From the human T2T-CHM13v2.0 reference genome, Homo sapiens, in assembly GCF_009914755.1 (NCBI RefSeq), contig NC_060925.1: a stretch of 64,000 bases of DNA; one strand, 5' to 3'. Positions 27,541-42,089 of this stretch are shown piece by piece (the stretch's first letter is position 1; each line of letters starts with the position of its first letter). A program made the translations under genes and the position numbers. The notes beneath the pieces are model-generated. The model was not told the DNA's origin and did not search any database. It was given only the letters and a program-made list of their open reading frames with translations.

Positions 27541-29216
27541 TTTTTTAAAATTATCTATGTTTGAACTATATCTTATTTTTATATTAATAAGAAAACACTT
27601 TGAATGACCAAGAAGAAAAAGAGTACATGGATACTTAGAAATGCCTGGAATTGGTAGCAGAATCACTGCAGCACAGTTTGTTGGAAACATTGGTCAAGGA
27701 ATGCTTAGTTGTACCAAGAAACCTTGCCACCCAGTGACACAGACCTACACGGTGACAAAAATTCAGCCAAGAGACAAATAATTCAAAAGTAATATATATT
27801 TTAAGGACAAAGACACAAAAGACATCAGTCATCTTTCTTTAAAATTGAGAACAGAAAACTATTGAATACAATAAGACTGGGAATGAACAACTACTCAAAA
27901 TACAGAGCAAAAATGTAAATGGTAGAATTCTGTAGTATAGCCTTGTTAAAGAAGAGAGAAAGAAGGGTAGAAAAACAATGACAGAAAACAATGAGAAAGA
28001 GATATATCTAGTGAACAATAGAAATGGACAAGCTGATGCACATCCAAAAATAGGCACAGAAAGAAAATATAAAAAGAGAGAAACACTCACACAAAGATAC
28101 AGCAAGGAAAAGACACTGAATGAATTTCATGAAATCTAATCCCATCTTTTGGCTTCTCTGATGTTATCATTAAAAAATAAAATTAGTGCTTTGTGTTTTG
28201 TGACTTCAGGCATTATGGGGTACAGTATTGGTGGTGCATTCTTTGCTAGAAGAATAAATGGAATCAAGAAGGGACCCCTGATCCTGGAAAGACACTCAGG
28301 CCCTTATCTGTAGTCAGGGTATGCTAGAATGTCCTCAGGAATTCTTCATGCTGTCTGGAACTAGGAGAGGGTGAGCCCAAACTGCCCAAGAACCTCCTCC
28401 CTCATCGCCAAAATATACTCAAGCCAATAAATTTAGACTGAAAAATTTAGCAGCTTGAAAAATAAGAGTATTTATTGCAAAATGCTGCAAAAAATCCACA
28501 GAACTTGTCTAGATTTTGAACTTGTCAAGCTCTCTTTTTATTGAGAGCAGATCAGTGAAATCATTAGGCAGATTTAGTCATGCAATTGCCTAAGAGATTC
28601 TGAGATACAGACAAACAAGACTCGAGGCACAAATCTTCACTCTACCAATAAGTAGATGAACAGAGAAAAGATCACAGCCTAAGCTGCAGAGGTAATGGCT
28701 GAAAAGTAAAGGATTAGCATCCCGATGACGGTTCCTATTCAGAAGAGCCAAAACGGAAATTCAGGCTAATGCAAAATGCAAAACATTATTGGAAAGGAGC
28801 CCTGAAAAGTGTTTCAGAGTACATTTTGATCCTGTTGAGGTGAGCTCAGAGCAAGAAGCTGACTCCCCAAAGCCTAGAGGAGCTGTGTGAGAAACAGCAG
28901 CCAAAGAGAAGCAAAATCAAACAGAATTGAGGATGACTCTTCAAGGAGAAATGATCTAAAAGAAGGGGAGCATCAGGGGGATGGCAGACTCATGGGGAGA
29001 GGGACAGGTACATCCCCATAACTGTCTGGGGTGACATAAGGTGGACAACCTTTCAATTTGTACAAGTACCTACAAAGAGTCTTTAAATTGTTCATATTCT
29101 TAGGTCCAACAAGTCTGTATTTAATGTTTTATCCTAAGGAAATAAATAATATAGGCAAAACATACCTATACAATAAGGCTAGATAAATCATGGCACATCC
29201 ATATACAAGAGTTCAT

Positions 29217-29410
29217 GCTGGGCACAGTGGCTCATGCCTGTAATTCTAGCACTTTGGCAGGCTAAGGTGGGAGGATTGCTTGAACTTAGGAGTTTGAGGT
29301 TACAGTGAGCTATGATTGTGCCACAGCACTCCAGCCTGGGTGACACAGCAAGACCCTGTCTCTAAAGAAGAAAGAGAAGGAGGAAGAAGAAGAGGAGGAG
29401 GAGGAGAAGA
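29217..29410 (+). mobile_element. Free Alu monomer (FRAM/FAM-like) with (GAA/GAG)n tail
   Basis: Single monomer; aagagtt on both flanks. Confidence 0.85.
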
Positions 29411-29694
29411 GTTACTATGCGATCATTAAGAATATTGTAAAATATTTCAAAGAGTGTATGAGCAGGTATATGGGCACTCCTTGTTAAAGATGGCAAGCTG
29501 AATACATATATTTACCTCTGCCTGCTAGGAAAACCCTACAAAGTTACATTAACAGGATCACAAAGGGAAAAGCTCCTAAGGCTTAAAGAACAAGAGTGCA
29601 GACAGCAGCATATTAGATATGTCAACAAAATTTTAGAAGCTTGAAAGCAATCAGATGAGCATTCACCAACTTGACACACCAAAAGATGACTGCT

Positions 29695-29829
29695 GAGGCA
29701 TGGTGGCACAAGCCTGTAGTCCCAGCTACTCAAGAGGCTGATGTGGGAAAATCACTTGAGCCTAGGAGTTCAAGTCCAGCCCGAGCAACACAGTGAGACC
29801 CCTGACTCTTTCCAAAAAAAAAAAAAAAG
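29695..29829 (+). mobile_element. FLAM-type Alu monomer
   Basis: Single left-type monomer with poly(A); TSD aag(a/g)tgactgct. Confidence 0.85.
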
Positions 29830-30734
29830 AAGGTGACTGCTAAATGCCTGAGGGGTAGGGGGCAGTTGGGGAACTAGGAGGCAAGCCAGTTTGCTCCTCA
29901 GAAGTCTAGAAAGTCTCAGGAAGATGAGGGTAGGAACAGGCAAGGCTAAAAATAGTGGATTGCTTGAGAGACTATGAAAAGCATCTAGACCTCAAGATAC
30001 CTTTCCCCAACCATGGGTCCCTTACTTCCTCACTCTTCCACCCCGCAGGAGCCTGGAGGGTCCCTCTCTGGAGGTACATGTGGCGGCCACACCATGGAGC
30101 ATGGCTCACTAGGCACTGCCAAGCACAGGAATGTCTTCTGAGTTTTCCCTTTTTTTTTCATTTTCCTTGTTTTTCAAATTATCTACAATAAACATATGCT
30201 ACTGGTAATCAGAAAAAATATTTTAAAAATTACAACAGTAACTTATGCTTAAAAGAAAATTTTAATAGTGCTGAAGAAAGCAAAGTTAAAGGTCCCCTGC
30301 TGCTCACCCCTACCTCCACAGAGATAACCCCAATTTAGAGTTGCTTTGTATATCCTTACAGAAAAAAAGTCATAAAAAATACAATGAAAGCAAATGGAAA
30401 GAAAAACAAAATGAGGTGAGGTGAAGACCAGGAGATGACAATTTTGCTAAAACTCAGAAAAAGGAGCAGAGATGAACACTTCCCTGGAGAATCCAAGAGG
30501 CTCCTAAGCACAGAGGAAGAGTAGGCAGGGGAGGAAAAGGAGACAGGAAATGAATTGCGTTATCTTTAAAGATGTTGGCTAGCATAAAAGGGCCTAAGGT
30601 CTCTTAATTTAACAACATGGTTCTATCATTAATAAAACAACTTTTGGCACAAAAATAAAATTAAGGAAACAATGAGTAGTTCATCTCTTCCCTATGATTC
30701 ATATATTTTCCCATTAGGCTCTAACTGCCTCAGA

Positions 30735-31027
30735 TTTTTTGTTTGTTTGTTTGTTTTTTAGAAACAGGTCTCACTCTGTCGCTCAGTGGCAAGATCATAG
30801 CTCACTGCAGCCTCAAACACCTGGGCTCAACGATCCTCCTGCATCAGCCTCCCAAGCAGCTGGTACTATAGGTGCGTGCCACCACTCCTGGCTAATTATT
30901 TTATTTTTTGTAGAGATAGGGGTCACACTATGTTGCTCAGGCTAGTCTCCAACTTCTGGCCTCAAGTGATCCTCCCGTCTCAGCCTCCCAAAGTGCTGGG
31001 ATTACAGGTGTGAGCCACCGCACTGTC
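30735..31027 (-). mobile_element. AluJ
   Basis: gatcatagctcactgcagcctcaaac...ctgggctcaa J-type arm. Confidence 0.92.
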
Positions 31028-31879
31028 TTTTCCTGGGATTTTAATAAAAACTCTGAATGTTTCAGTAGAACCATGTACTTTGTTAATGATTTGTCTATGT
31101 AAGTGGCTAATGTCACAGGGAGACAGACAGAGAGATCCTAACATGCTTTTCAAAAAATTTCAATTTATGGTAAAAAATTGTGCTGTCTCTATTTCTAATA
31201 ATTAAATTTTGGAATTGTATCCAGCCCATGTTCTGCCTCCACAGTAAAATCACAGCTCTTCTTGCCTTATGCAAATAGATTTGCTTTCATCTGTGCACTG
31301 GCTATCCGCACAGCAGTATTGTGCCAAGGTGAATAATCTTGATTAAATTAAGCATTTCCAAGGTCTTTTATGTACTTAAGGAAATATACCACATATTAAG
31401 TGGAGGTTTGATATGTCTTCTACATAGGTTACCCAGGCTATTTCTTAAATCAAATTAACAAATTTAAAATGCTTTATTATGCCAAAGGATTCCCAGGGAC
31501 TTCTGTACTTGAATCATGACATTTTGTTAAGAGGAACTATGGGACAGACACAGAAGAAAAAATCCTATTATATGCTGAGCTGTACTTTAGAAGATCATTT
31601 TTCTTATAATGTTCTTGGGAAGTGTTTTAATATACTGAAGAACCTTGAGAGATTATAGAAGATAGAGAATTCGAGGCTTACCTGAAATTGCATTAATGGC
31701 TTTGCTCCTGAATGTAAAACAAATCCAGCCAGGGGAATTTGGGGGCCCGTTAAACATGTTTGTGTTTTACCAGAAGGCAGAAAATCCATTCATAGAAAAT
31801 CTGCAACAGAAAATCACTGAGAATGCTCTGTGGTTTACTTTGTGTGTTTTTGCCTCAGAATTTCTGAGGTGATGAGGTT

Positions 31880-32530
31880 TATTGCCGGCCAATACGCTGG
31901 ATTTTAAAGCTCTTCTCTTCAGAGTTTATTGCACAGACACATGCTTCTGAGAGTCCACACACACTCGCATGCGCGTGCAAGGCGGGAGCCAGGGCCCCGC
32001 CGGTGAGCTGAGGGGATGGTGGGCGCGCACTTCACCGCTCCTCTGACCCCGAAGGTGGGAAGGTGGCCCGCACAGGGTCCTGCTTTACCTCAGGAGACAG
32101 AGGTGCACTGTCAGCTGCCCCTTCTGCAGATGTGAGAGCTCTCCTCCCTTCCATCCCCAAACATTGCTTCTTTAATCCCTTTTACACAGTTTGGTAGAAC
32201 TTCCTCCCCCCTCTTTTCCTGGTACCTAAGAGGAGGTTGCTTTTTGTAAACTACCACAAGTCTGGGAAGGAGATTAGAGCCTCTTTGGTCTAGTAAGGTT
32301 TGAAAGAATCAGAATGAGGTTAGACTTAGCAATGAGTTCGGTTTGCTTGTCTTTTAAATACTTCATTCTGGAGCCAGATCTCTGTGATGGCCTCTACCCT
32401 GCCTGCTTCCAGCTTCAGGATCTGAAGCTTCCTTACATCCCCCTCCTCATCCAGCTGCAGGATTAGAATTTGTCAAAAATGCCAATAACTGGGGCTAGAG
32501 CCTGGGTGGGGGCGGGAGACCAAGGGGCTA
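31880..32530. promoter_or_regulatory. Candidate cis-regulatory element (small CpG-rich patch with NRF1-like, CCAAT and GC-box motifs)
   Basis: 11 CpGs in 31965-32070 outside any repeat I recognise; ctcgcatgcgcg at 31964-31975; CCAAT near 31889 and 32482; ggggcggg at 32509-32516. Confidence 0.4.
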
Positions 32531-33354
32531 CAAATATCTAAGGGTTTGGAAGAGGGAAAGGTAAGAAAGTGGTAATGAAAGCGTGTGGCTATGAATAAGG
32601 GTGACCCTGTGGTGTCCACCAAGAGTATAGGACTGGAGTCCTGCCCCAGCGCACAAAGGGAGGGCCCAGATTAAGATGCACGGGAGCCACTATAAGGCCC
32701 CCAGTACCACCCTGTATGGACTGTGTCAGTTGGAGAGGTGCACAGGCCTGACTGTATGTTCCCCAGGATTCCATGTACATGCTCAAGCAGCTAAAAGTGA
32801 GACCTTTTATTTTTTTTTTCTGAACTGTATGCCCTTCTCTCTTTCCATGATAAAGGATATAGTAATGATGGCATACATAACACAAGTAATACAAGTTACC
32901 TGCAGCAAAGTCAGAAAACACAGGTGAGCAACAACAGCAACAAACCATATTCTGAAATCTCAGTATCCTGTAAAAAAAAACACAATGTAAGACTTTGGTG
33001 TGTAGATTAGTAGATCTTTCCTATGCAAATGGGTACAGAATCAGCCTAGAGAACAGCAAGTACAGATTGGAGTTGGAGGGCAGAGTTCTAGCAGGGATGT
33101 CACTTAAAAAAAAAAGTAACTGATGAGTTTCCTAATGTAGTCAACTGCATTGAGAAGGAATTTATACTTTTGACATTGTTGGAAAGAATTGATACTAGGT
33201 AAAAAGCAAACCAAAGCAAATAAAATGTGAGGGAATTTTTAAATCTAAGGGAAAAATGTCACACAAGAAAGGAAATGTGATGATAATACTCTATGTGGCT
33301 CAGCTGTGAGCTGTTTTTCAACTTCATAATGTAAACACTAAATATTGACTTTTT

Positions 33355-34119
<765 letters not shown>

Positions 34120-34189
34120 ACTAAATATTCTTTTAAACAAAAATTGCAATACAACACATGGCCAACCATAACCAGAATCTAGTCATAGC

Positions 34190-34410
34190 TCTAATAATGA
34201 TAGCAGTTAACAATTCTTGAGTACTTAAGATTTGCCAGACACTGTGCTTGGTGCTTTCCCTACCCTATCTCATTCAATCCCCACCACCACAACTTTCATT
34301 ATCTCATTTTATTGATAAGGAAGCTGAGGCTCACAGAGGTTAAGTACTTTCTCAGGGTTAAGCAGCTACCAGGTTGATCCTGATCCACTGTCTAAGCTCT
34401 TAACAAGCGC
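34190..34410 (-). mobile_element. MIR
   Basis: tgccagacactgtgct...cattttattgataaggaagctgaggctcacagaggttaagt. Confidence 0.8.
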
Positions 34411-35319
34411 ATGTGCTGAGGAAACAGGACACCATTTTATTTGTTTTATTCGTAGGCCTCAAAGGGAGAAAAGCCATAGGCTGAGTCCCTCATGAATGTC
34501 GTCTCCCTACAGGCCACACTAGCTGTCCAACCTCTTTTAAAGAAAGGCTGAAGAGCACAGACTCTTGCTAAATACTCAGAAACTCAACTGCTGGTGTTAA
34601 GCCACTCAAATAAGATTTACCTTTAAAACGGAATTAGACTTACAACTGGCTTCTTGTTTTTATAACTTCTACCAGAGACTCCAGTATCTTCCACTCAGTG
34701 GAGACCATTAAGAGAATGTAAGTGACAATATAAAGATTTAATATGCACAGAAATACAGAAATCAAACTGAGAGCCAATTTTGAGATGAATGCCTTTAGGC
34801 CCTAAATATGCCTGTGTGATTTTTATAAAGCCTTATAAAATTATGTTCGTTGTAAATGAGCAACCAACTGTTCTGACAATAGGGTTAAATTAATTTACTG
34901 ACTTGCCAAAACCAGAGGAAGAGTAAATATGTAGCTAATAGGAGTTTCCAAAGAAAGGACATCTTGGACCAGAGCTGTTGCTCAAAGGGCACCACTGAAT
35001 CCTTTCTGTGTCCAACACTCTTCCCTGGGAGGACGGGACTGCCCAGGCCTCCACAGGCCTCTGGCACTTGCCTTGCTGTGACTCCCATGGCTGACTCCTG
35101 TGGGTCTTCCCGGAGCCCTCTCTGCAGAGCAGATTGTTGATTACTGTCATAAGCATCAGATAAAAGCTCTATGCAGAGGGATGACTCTCTTTTTTGGGAA
35201 CAGCTAAACTGATGGCTGCAATAAGCCTGTGGTAATGACAAATGATAAAAAGCCAAACCTTGCTCAGCATCCTTGTGATGTTTTCTCTGGGCGCTGGTTG
35301 AAAAATCCTCACTCTAACA

Positions 35320-35520
35320 ATGAAAATAAGGATGCCAGTTCACTTCCATGAAAGGCTTACGTGTCAGGCCCCTGACTTGTGTTATTTCCTTTAATCTTTA
35401 TAACAATTCGAAGTTGGGTCATATGATCATTCCCACTGTATAAATGGGAAAACAAATTCAGAAGGATTGGATGATTTGCCCATAGTCACACAGCCAGCTG
35501 ATGGTGCTCCTGGGATCAGC
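35320..35520 (-). mobile_element. MIR
   Basis: ttatttcctttaatctttataacaa...gatttgcccatagtcacacagccag. Confidence 0.65.
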
Positions 35521-35529
35521 CGGGCAGGC

Positions 35530-36360
35530 TGACTTTCCTACATGAACTTCAGGGTCACCAAAGAGCTGACAAAAGAAGTTTCCCTTCATAGGAGTATTGC
35601 AGCTAGTACATGAAGGAGGAATGATATCACCATTTTGCAACTCCCTACTGAAAGAGTGGAAACAATCATTAAGCAATGATCATGAATAGTTTTTAACATT
35701 ATAAAAGTAGACCCTGAACCAGATCAAACATTTAGATCTGATTACCAAAGTACAGGAAATAAAAAGGACAGAATAACATGGTAAAGAAACTATGGGATGC
35801 AATGAGCAAAATCCAAATTCTATTTGGATTTTGGAAAATCCTATATGTGGAAAAATCTATAGGGCAAACAGTCCAGTTTCTTCAACAGAAAAATGTCAGG
35901 AAAAAGAGAAAAAGGGAAGGAGAATCTATAAGTTGAAAGACACTTTAGAGACATATTAAGCAGTAGCAACGTATGAACTTCATTTAGAACCTGAATGAAA
36001 CAAATAAACTATTTTTAAAAGCTATTTATTATCAGACAATTGGGGATGTGTGAACACTGATTAGGTATTTGATGCTATTAAAGAGTTGTATTGGGGGAGT
36101 GTGGTTGGGTAAATTGAGGTTCTGATTTTATAGATGGAGTCTTGCAGAGACACACAATGAAATTCTAACTGCTGAAACGATGACTGGGATTTACTTTACA
36201 ATCCTCTGGGAGCAGGGAAGTTGGGGGTAGGGGATGTCTAGTGCAATTGAGATAGGCTACAAGTTGATCATTGTCGGAGCTTAGGGATGGATACGTAGGC
36301 CTTCATTGTACTATTTTCTCTGCTTTTATGAATGTTTGGAGTTTTCCATGATGCATTTTT
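35530..36360 (+). mobile_element. L1MC4/5-type 3' region
   Basis: ttagagacatatt...gaacactgattaggtatttgatgctattaa...cattgtactattttctctgctttt. Confidence 0.72.
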
Positions 36361-37873
36361 TTAAAGGACTCTCAGAAAGAGCAGCTATAATGAAAGAAGA
36401 GGGGAAAACCCAGGCAAGTGTCATATCCCGGGATGCAAGGAAAGAAATGCCTCTAGAAGGAGGGTGTGGCCAGGTGGATCAGATGCTGCTGATGGGTCAG
36501 GTGCCCAGCACTGAGCCTGTCACCCAGTGTCTCCAGGGAGGGACCCACATCCCTCTGGCCTCTCTCACTTCAGGGTGTGCTCCCTGCCGCCCAGGAAATG
36601 CTCCTGGGCCAGGGATCCCCTTGGTCTCCTCACTGAGTGTCCCAGCTTCATCCTTGGTTACTCTGGAACATTAGCAATTTTGCAAGCAGGAGTCAGAGCC
36701 TCTGAGGCAGGTGGGGAGGTTATTCTGCTTCCCTTTCTAATTTATGCTGTGCCAGGGTTCAGTTTTAAAAGATTTGTTGACACAGCGTTCAAGGGGGAGT
36801 TAGTGAAGCTACCAGCACGATGCAAATTTAGCTTCCAGAATCTAGACCAAAGGTTACTGACTTGTTAATTATGATCTCATGGAAACTTCTTGTTTCACAA
36901 AGGTCACCTCAATCATTTTTTAGGTTTTGGTAGTGATTTGGTTTTGCCATAAGAATGAAGGAAGTTTTCTGGGGAAGATATTAACTTCTCAGGCCACAGT
37001 TTGTCAACTCTAGTTGTACCCTTAAATGATCTCTTGCTCTCCCTGTCCCTCTGCCCACCTTTGTCTCACCCATTCCACATCCTCCTCTCTTTCCCCTTCC
37101 CCTTTTATCTCTCTCCCCTAACTACCTACTGTAGGCAGAGAATATTGTGTCTGGAAGTTATTGGTTTTCGGCCCCCTCTGCCTGGCTCCTCTGGGTGAGC
37201 CGGGGCGGCAGCCTCCCAGCATGGGCTTTCTGTATTCTAGGTACTGCCTGAAGAACCCGGCCCTGGATACCCAGCATGATGTGTGACTCACCTCTCCTAG
37301 CCATCAGCCTTGCTACTTGTTTTTGTTTATCATCTTCCCCAACCCTTCGGATTTGATACATTCTCTTTTGTTGCCCATGATAACAAAGGCCTGGCTTCCT
37401 TTCAGACTGGCCTGCCTCCGCCTCTCTGTTCCAGCAATTATGCCTTTGGAACCTGGGCCATCAGCTGGATGGATGGCAGCTCCATCTGCCTCTTCCCAGC
37501 CTTAGGTATGAGGCCAGGACAATTGCTGAGAAATCCCTGGAGGCCAGAGATTTTTGAGTGATGTGTGGTGCATAGGGAAGGTGTGTGTTCACCATTTTCT
37601 GACCTTAGGTGGAGTCCCTGATGGTGTGAAACAGTGTTCAGAAGTCCTCCAGTGGGCCTCACTCACCTCTGTAGTGGAAACAAGGCATCAGTGGAGCTGC
37701 ATTCTCCAGAGCCATCAAGAATGGATAAGAAATGGGTCTTGGTCTCTTGTTTGGCTAATTTCTGTTACTGTCTGCCCCTACCTCCCATGGGAGCACCTGT
37801 CTAGCTGTGCCTCTTCATCAGGCTGTTGTAGGACCTCACAGGAATGATTCCATCCCGTTCCCCAGAATGATCT

Positions 37874-37934
37874 CACACACACACACACACACATATGCAC
37901 ATACACACATACACACACACATACACACACACAC
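37874..37934. repeat. Interrupted (CA)n microsatellite
   Basis: Read directly from the sequence. Confidence 0.95.
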
Positions 37935-39614
37935 GTAATGGGAAGTTGTATGCCTGTTGTAATTGCTTAATTAAAAAGGAAATTTAGCAGGACTCAAGGG
38001 CTTTCTTCTGATTGTTTTACATTTTCATTGAGTGGATTCTTCATCTTTGCTTCTGTGTTGTTGGATTGATTATTGAAGCTATAATAGGATGTGGGTCCTG
38101 TATTTCACCATCACTATCAGCTATTGTCTTTTTTCTCATGCACACTTATCTTTTGTGTTAATTGCGAGTCTAAGTGTCTTCATTTCAATATCCATTATTT
38201 CTCCTGTATAGTTAAATTGCTGGTGTTTTTTTGCTTTCATAGGGTCCAGAAAATATAGGAAGTTAACACTAACAACTCAGCTCTCAAAAAGTTCGTTTTT
38301 ATAGTTAGCTTCTTTCCCGTGGGGGACACAGAGACTCACTCAAGTTGCCTCAAGAAAAATGGTGTCTAGAGTGAAGATGCACATGGACAAATCTCAGCAT
38401 CCTCTCCTCTCCATGTCCGCCTCTGCCTCAGAGCATTGCTGCCTGTCTCTGTGCGTTTGCTTCCTTCTCTTTCTTCTACCAGCTTTCTTAGAGAGTCTAC
38501 TTCTTCAGCACTTCAGATGGCCCATACTACATCGTGTCCTCGTGGGATACAATTCAATTCTACTTGTGGACATTCTCTTTCAAAACCACCCCTAACCACT
38601 TTGCCTTGTTTCCCAATTCACATTCTCCATAGTTAGGATCTGCTAAGTGCAGCTTGTCTTTTTATCATGGTCACTGGCCAGTCTGGTTGGCCTGGGGTCA
38701 GATGCTGCACTCATTCTACCACACATAGTGTGTGTGATGTGGGGAGATTGTGGTTAAACAGGGCAAAACATGGCCACCAAAGAAGCAGGGGCTGTGGTAG
38801 CTAGACAGTTTCCCTCCAAGGGGGTTGTGGGCAGGCAGGTACCAATGGATATTGCTAGTGCACTGGTTAGCTAACAATCTCATTAACTATTGGCCCAGAG
38901 AATGAGAAGGTTAAAATGGATGTTATAAATTCCATTCACAAAAACCCATGTTTCCTTCTCACAAGAAATCCTCTCAGCCATTTGATGAGTATTTACTCTT
39001 TTTTCAGGCAAAATATGCCTAAATATCTGAGTTTCACGCCCACCACAGATTTTAAGTAGCAAAAGTAAGGGGGCAAAGAAGGACTAATACAGACAGACAC
39101 TAATAGCATTGAGAGTCAATAACTGAGAGGCTGACAGCATGGCAGAAAATCTATGAGGAGCAGACACAAGAACTCAAATAGCACAGTAGTCTGGGACCAC
39201 TTAAAATGTAGGTTAAAAACAGCCCTCTGTACTTCAACAGTCCCCAAAGGCATTGCTGTCTTACAGCCTCGTTAACTGTAGCTAATGTTCATGTTGGTGA
39301 ACCTTGAGTATATAAGGAAAGGCTAGAGGCTAACTTATGTTTAGAATATCCAGCTTAAGAAGGCAAACAAATTACATAATACACTTAAGAAAAATTTCCA
39401 TGCACATTTAAAAATTGGTGTTTAAATGAGTAAAACCTAAGCTCTCCAAAGCAAGTCATTTGCTAAGTGTTCCAGAATAGCCACAGTCATAACCACGTGC
39501 TCTGAGTTTTAATGTTGGCTATCAGGAACCAGGGTGGTAAAATGTCCTTGCTCCTTCAAGCCGCCCAGGGAAGATTACCCTATTAAATCTCCCAAACTTC
39601 TCTCAGGAGACAGA

Positions 39615-39765
39615 GAGGCATGGCAGTTGAGAGCATGTGCTCTGCAGTCAAGTCAGTCTGGGTTTGAATCCTGGGATCCTGAGCAGTCTCTTGACAGGCC
39701 TAAGCCTTCATTTCCACATGAGGAAAATGGACACAATAATATGTATCATACAGAGTTGTGAGAAC
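39615..39765 (+). mobile_element. MIR
   Basis: gagcatgtgctctgcagtca..ctgggtttgaatcctgg...aaaatggacacaataat. Confidence 0.7.
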
Positions 39766-40653
39766 TTACTGTCCATAGATTTTTTTTTACCTTATTTGGA
39801 ATTTTTAATTTTTATGTAGTCTTCTAAATAAACAAGACAATGTAATCCACTTGCTTTGAATTTATATGGTTCTCAATTATTATTTTTTTCCTATGGGGCA
39901 GTGGCTCCTAGTAGGAAAAGACTAAAATAACACCTCAGCTTGAATCAGTTTATTGGATTAGCCAAGGAGTCAAGCAGTTTTTCTAGAAGGGTGGAATAGA
40001 GAAGTCCTAGAAGGGACTGGGGAGGAAAAGGATGGCTTCAGTGTCTACACATGAAGACAAAGGATTGTTTGCAGGGAAAGGAGATGCGAGGAGAGTGGGG
40101 TGTTTGAAAGGGAGAAGGGGCCACAGGACAGCAAGCAGAGAGGTGCAGAGGATAATTGTAGTTACCTCTACAACATTCTCAGGATTATTCCTTGGTGAAC
40201 TATGATTTTAAAATGTTCTCAAAAGGACAATTAGAGAATTTCAGTCACTGTGACTTTTTCTTTCTCTCTCCACCCCACCCCTTTTCTATAGGTAATTTGC
40301 TTGAAAGCTGAAAAGGCCACCATGAAAGAATAAGATAGATGAGCGTGAGGTCTGCAGAATCCTTGCAATCTTGGGTTAAAAACTGTCTCAGTCATGTGGT
40401 CCGCCTGCCTGCCCAGGAATTCAATCACCTCAGTCATTTTCTTCAAGTAACCGTTATTACATTCCTTTTAAAAATAAACAACTTTAGGCTTCCCAGAATC
40501 CCTGATAGATGAGAGAGGAAATTTAGCTGTCAGTTGTAGGTGAAGACATCAAATTCATAAACAGAAAATTGAAAAAGAGAGGGCATATTCACTTCATGCT
40601 CTTCCCTAGACCTGTTAAAATAATGTGCATTGAACAAACATCAAAAATAATAT

Positions 40654-40929
40654 GGCTGGGCGCAGTGGCTCACTCCTGTAATCCCAGTACTTTGGGAGGC
40701 CAAGGCAGATCATGAGGTCAAGAGATGGAGACCGTCCTGACCAACATGGTGAAACCCTGTCTCTACTAAAAATACAAAAATTAGCTGGGCATGGTGGCAC
40801 GCAACCTGTAGTCCCAGCTCTTCGGGAGGCTGAGGCAGAGAATTGCTTGAACCCAGGAGGCAGAGGTTGCAGTGAGCCGAGACCACGCCATTGCACTCCA
40901 GCCTGGGTGACAGAGTGAGACTCCATCTC

Positions 40930-40966
<37 letters not shown>
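40654..40966 (+). mobile_element. AluSc-like with (AAT)n tail
   Basis: Full dimer; gatcatgaggtcaagagat; tail about (AAT)12. Confidence 0.93.
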
Positions 40967-40967
<1 letters not shown>

Positions 40968-41700
40968 ATGTACCATTGTGCCCTTTCACTCTGTGCTCAC
41001 CTCATCAAAGCAAAAGCAAAGACCCTGCCTCTGAACTATCCCACAAAGCTGGCAATCTTCAATCACTGACTAGACTATGGGTTCATCTCATCATATTTAC
41101 CTTTTTGTTTTTTTAGAGATTCTTCCCTGGTTTTTTTTTTTAGGGGTTAAATATTTTTCTTATGTACCAGGGATTTGGGTTTATTTGTTTTTAATAAAAG
41201 TGGTTCTTGGCATCTACAGATTGCTATTGTTGTTTTATGGCCAAATTCTCAAAAACCATGATAAAAGCATGTCCACAATGTTCATGTACGAAGCTAATAT
41301 AACAAAATTTTTGCAAACAGTTCTGCAAAGCCATACATTCTTTTGTGTGCACCTGATTAAACAATAGTTAAATCCTTCTGTCTGGGGATGAGCCAGTGAA
41401 AACCAGCCTCAATTCTTACAAAGAACACTGGGGATGGCAAAGTGATTTCAAATTGTGTGCCAGCCCTGATCACTTGGTTTTCATGTTTTGCTGGGAGCTT
41501 TATTGAGAAGCATTTTAAGGCTGGATTCCTGCTCATTAGGAAAAGTTCTATGATGAGTGATGTCTGCCTTAGGTGCAGAGTAGGAGAGTCATGCATGTTT
41601 GCCACTTACTTACGATTTTGACAGAAGATCTTTGACATTGAAAAATTTAGACTTTGTGGTTTTGACCACTTTTCAGCTGTCCTGAAAGTCCATGATGTAT

Positions 41701-41917
41701 GGGCACAGGGAGAGGAACATCACACACCGGGGCCTGTCGGGGAGTGGGGGGGCTAGGGGAGGGATAGTATTAGGAGAAATACCTAATGTAGATGACAGGT
41801 TGATGGGTGCAGCAAACCACCATGGCACATGTATACCTATGTAACAAACCTGCATGTTCTGCACATGTATTCCAGAACTTAAAGTATAATAAAAAAAATT
41901 TAAAGTAAAAAAAAAAA
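41701..41917 (+). mobile_element. 5'-truncated L1PA7-like 3' end
   Basis: G-rich 3' UTR and poly(A); exact 18-bp TSD tgaaagtccatgatgtat (41683-41700 / 41918-41935). Confidence 0.95.
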
Positions 41918-41967
41918 TGAAAGTCCATGATGTATAGTAATTTGGAAGTTTTATTGCAGATAAATGT

Positions 41968-42072
41968 TTATTTATATACATATAACATATATATATAACA
42001 TATGTATATGTTATATATTAACATATATAATATATATAACAGGTAAATGTGATAGGTATATATATATATATT
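41968..42072. repeat. Degenerate (TA)n tract
   Basis: Read directly from the sequence. Confidence 0.85.
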
Positions 42073-42089
42073 TGAGGGAGAGTTCCTAT

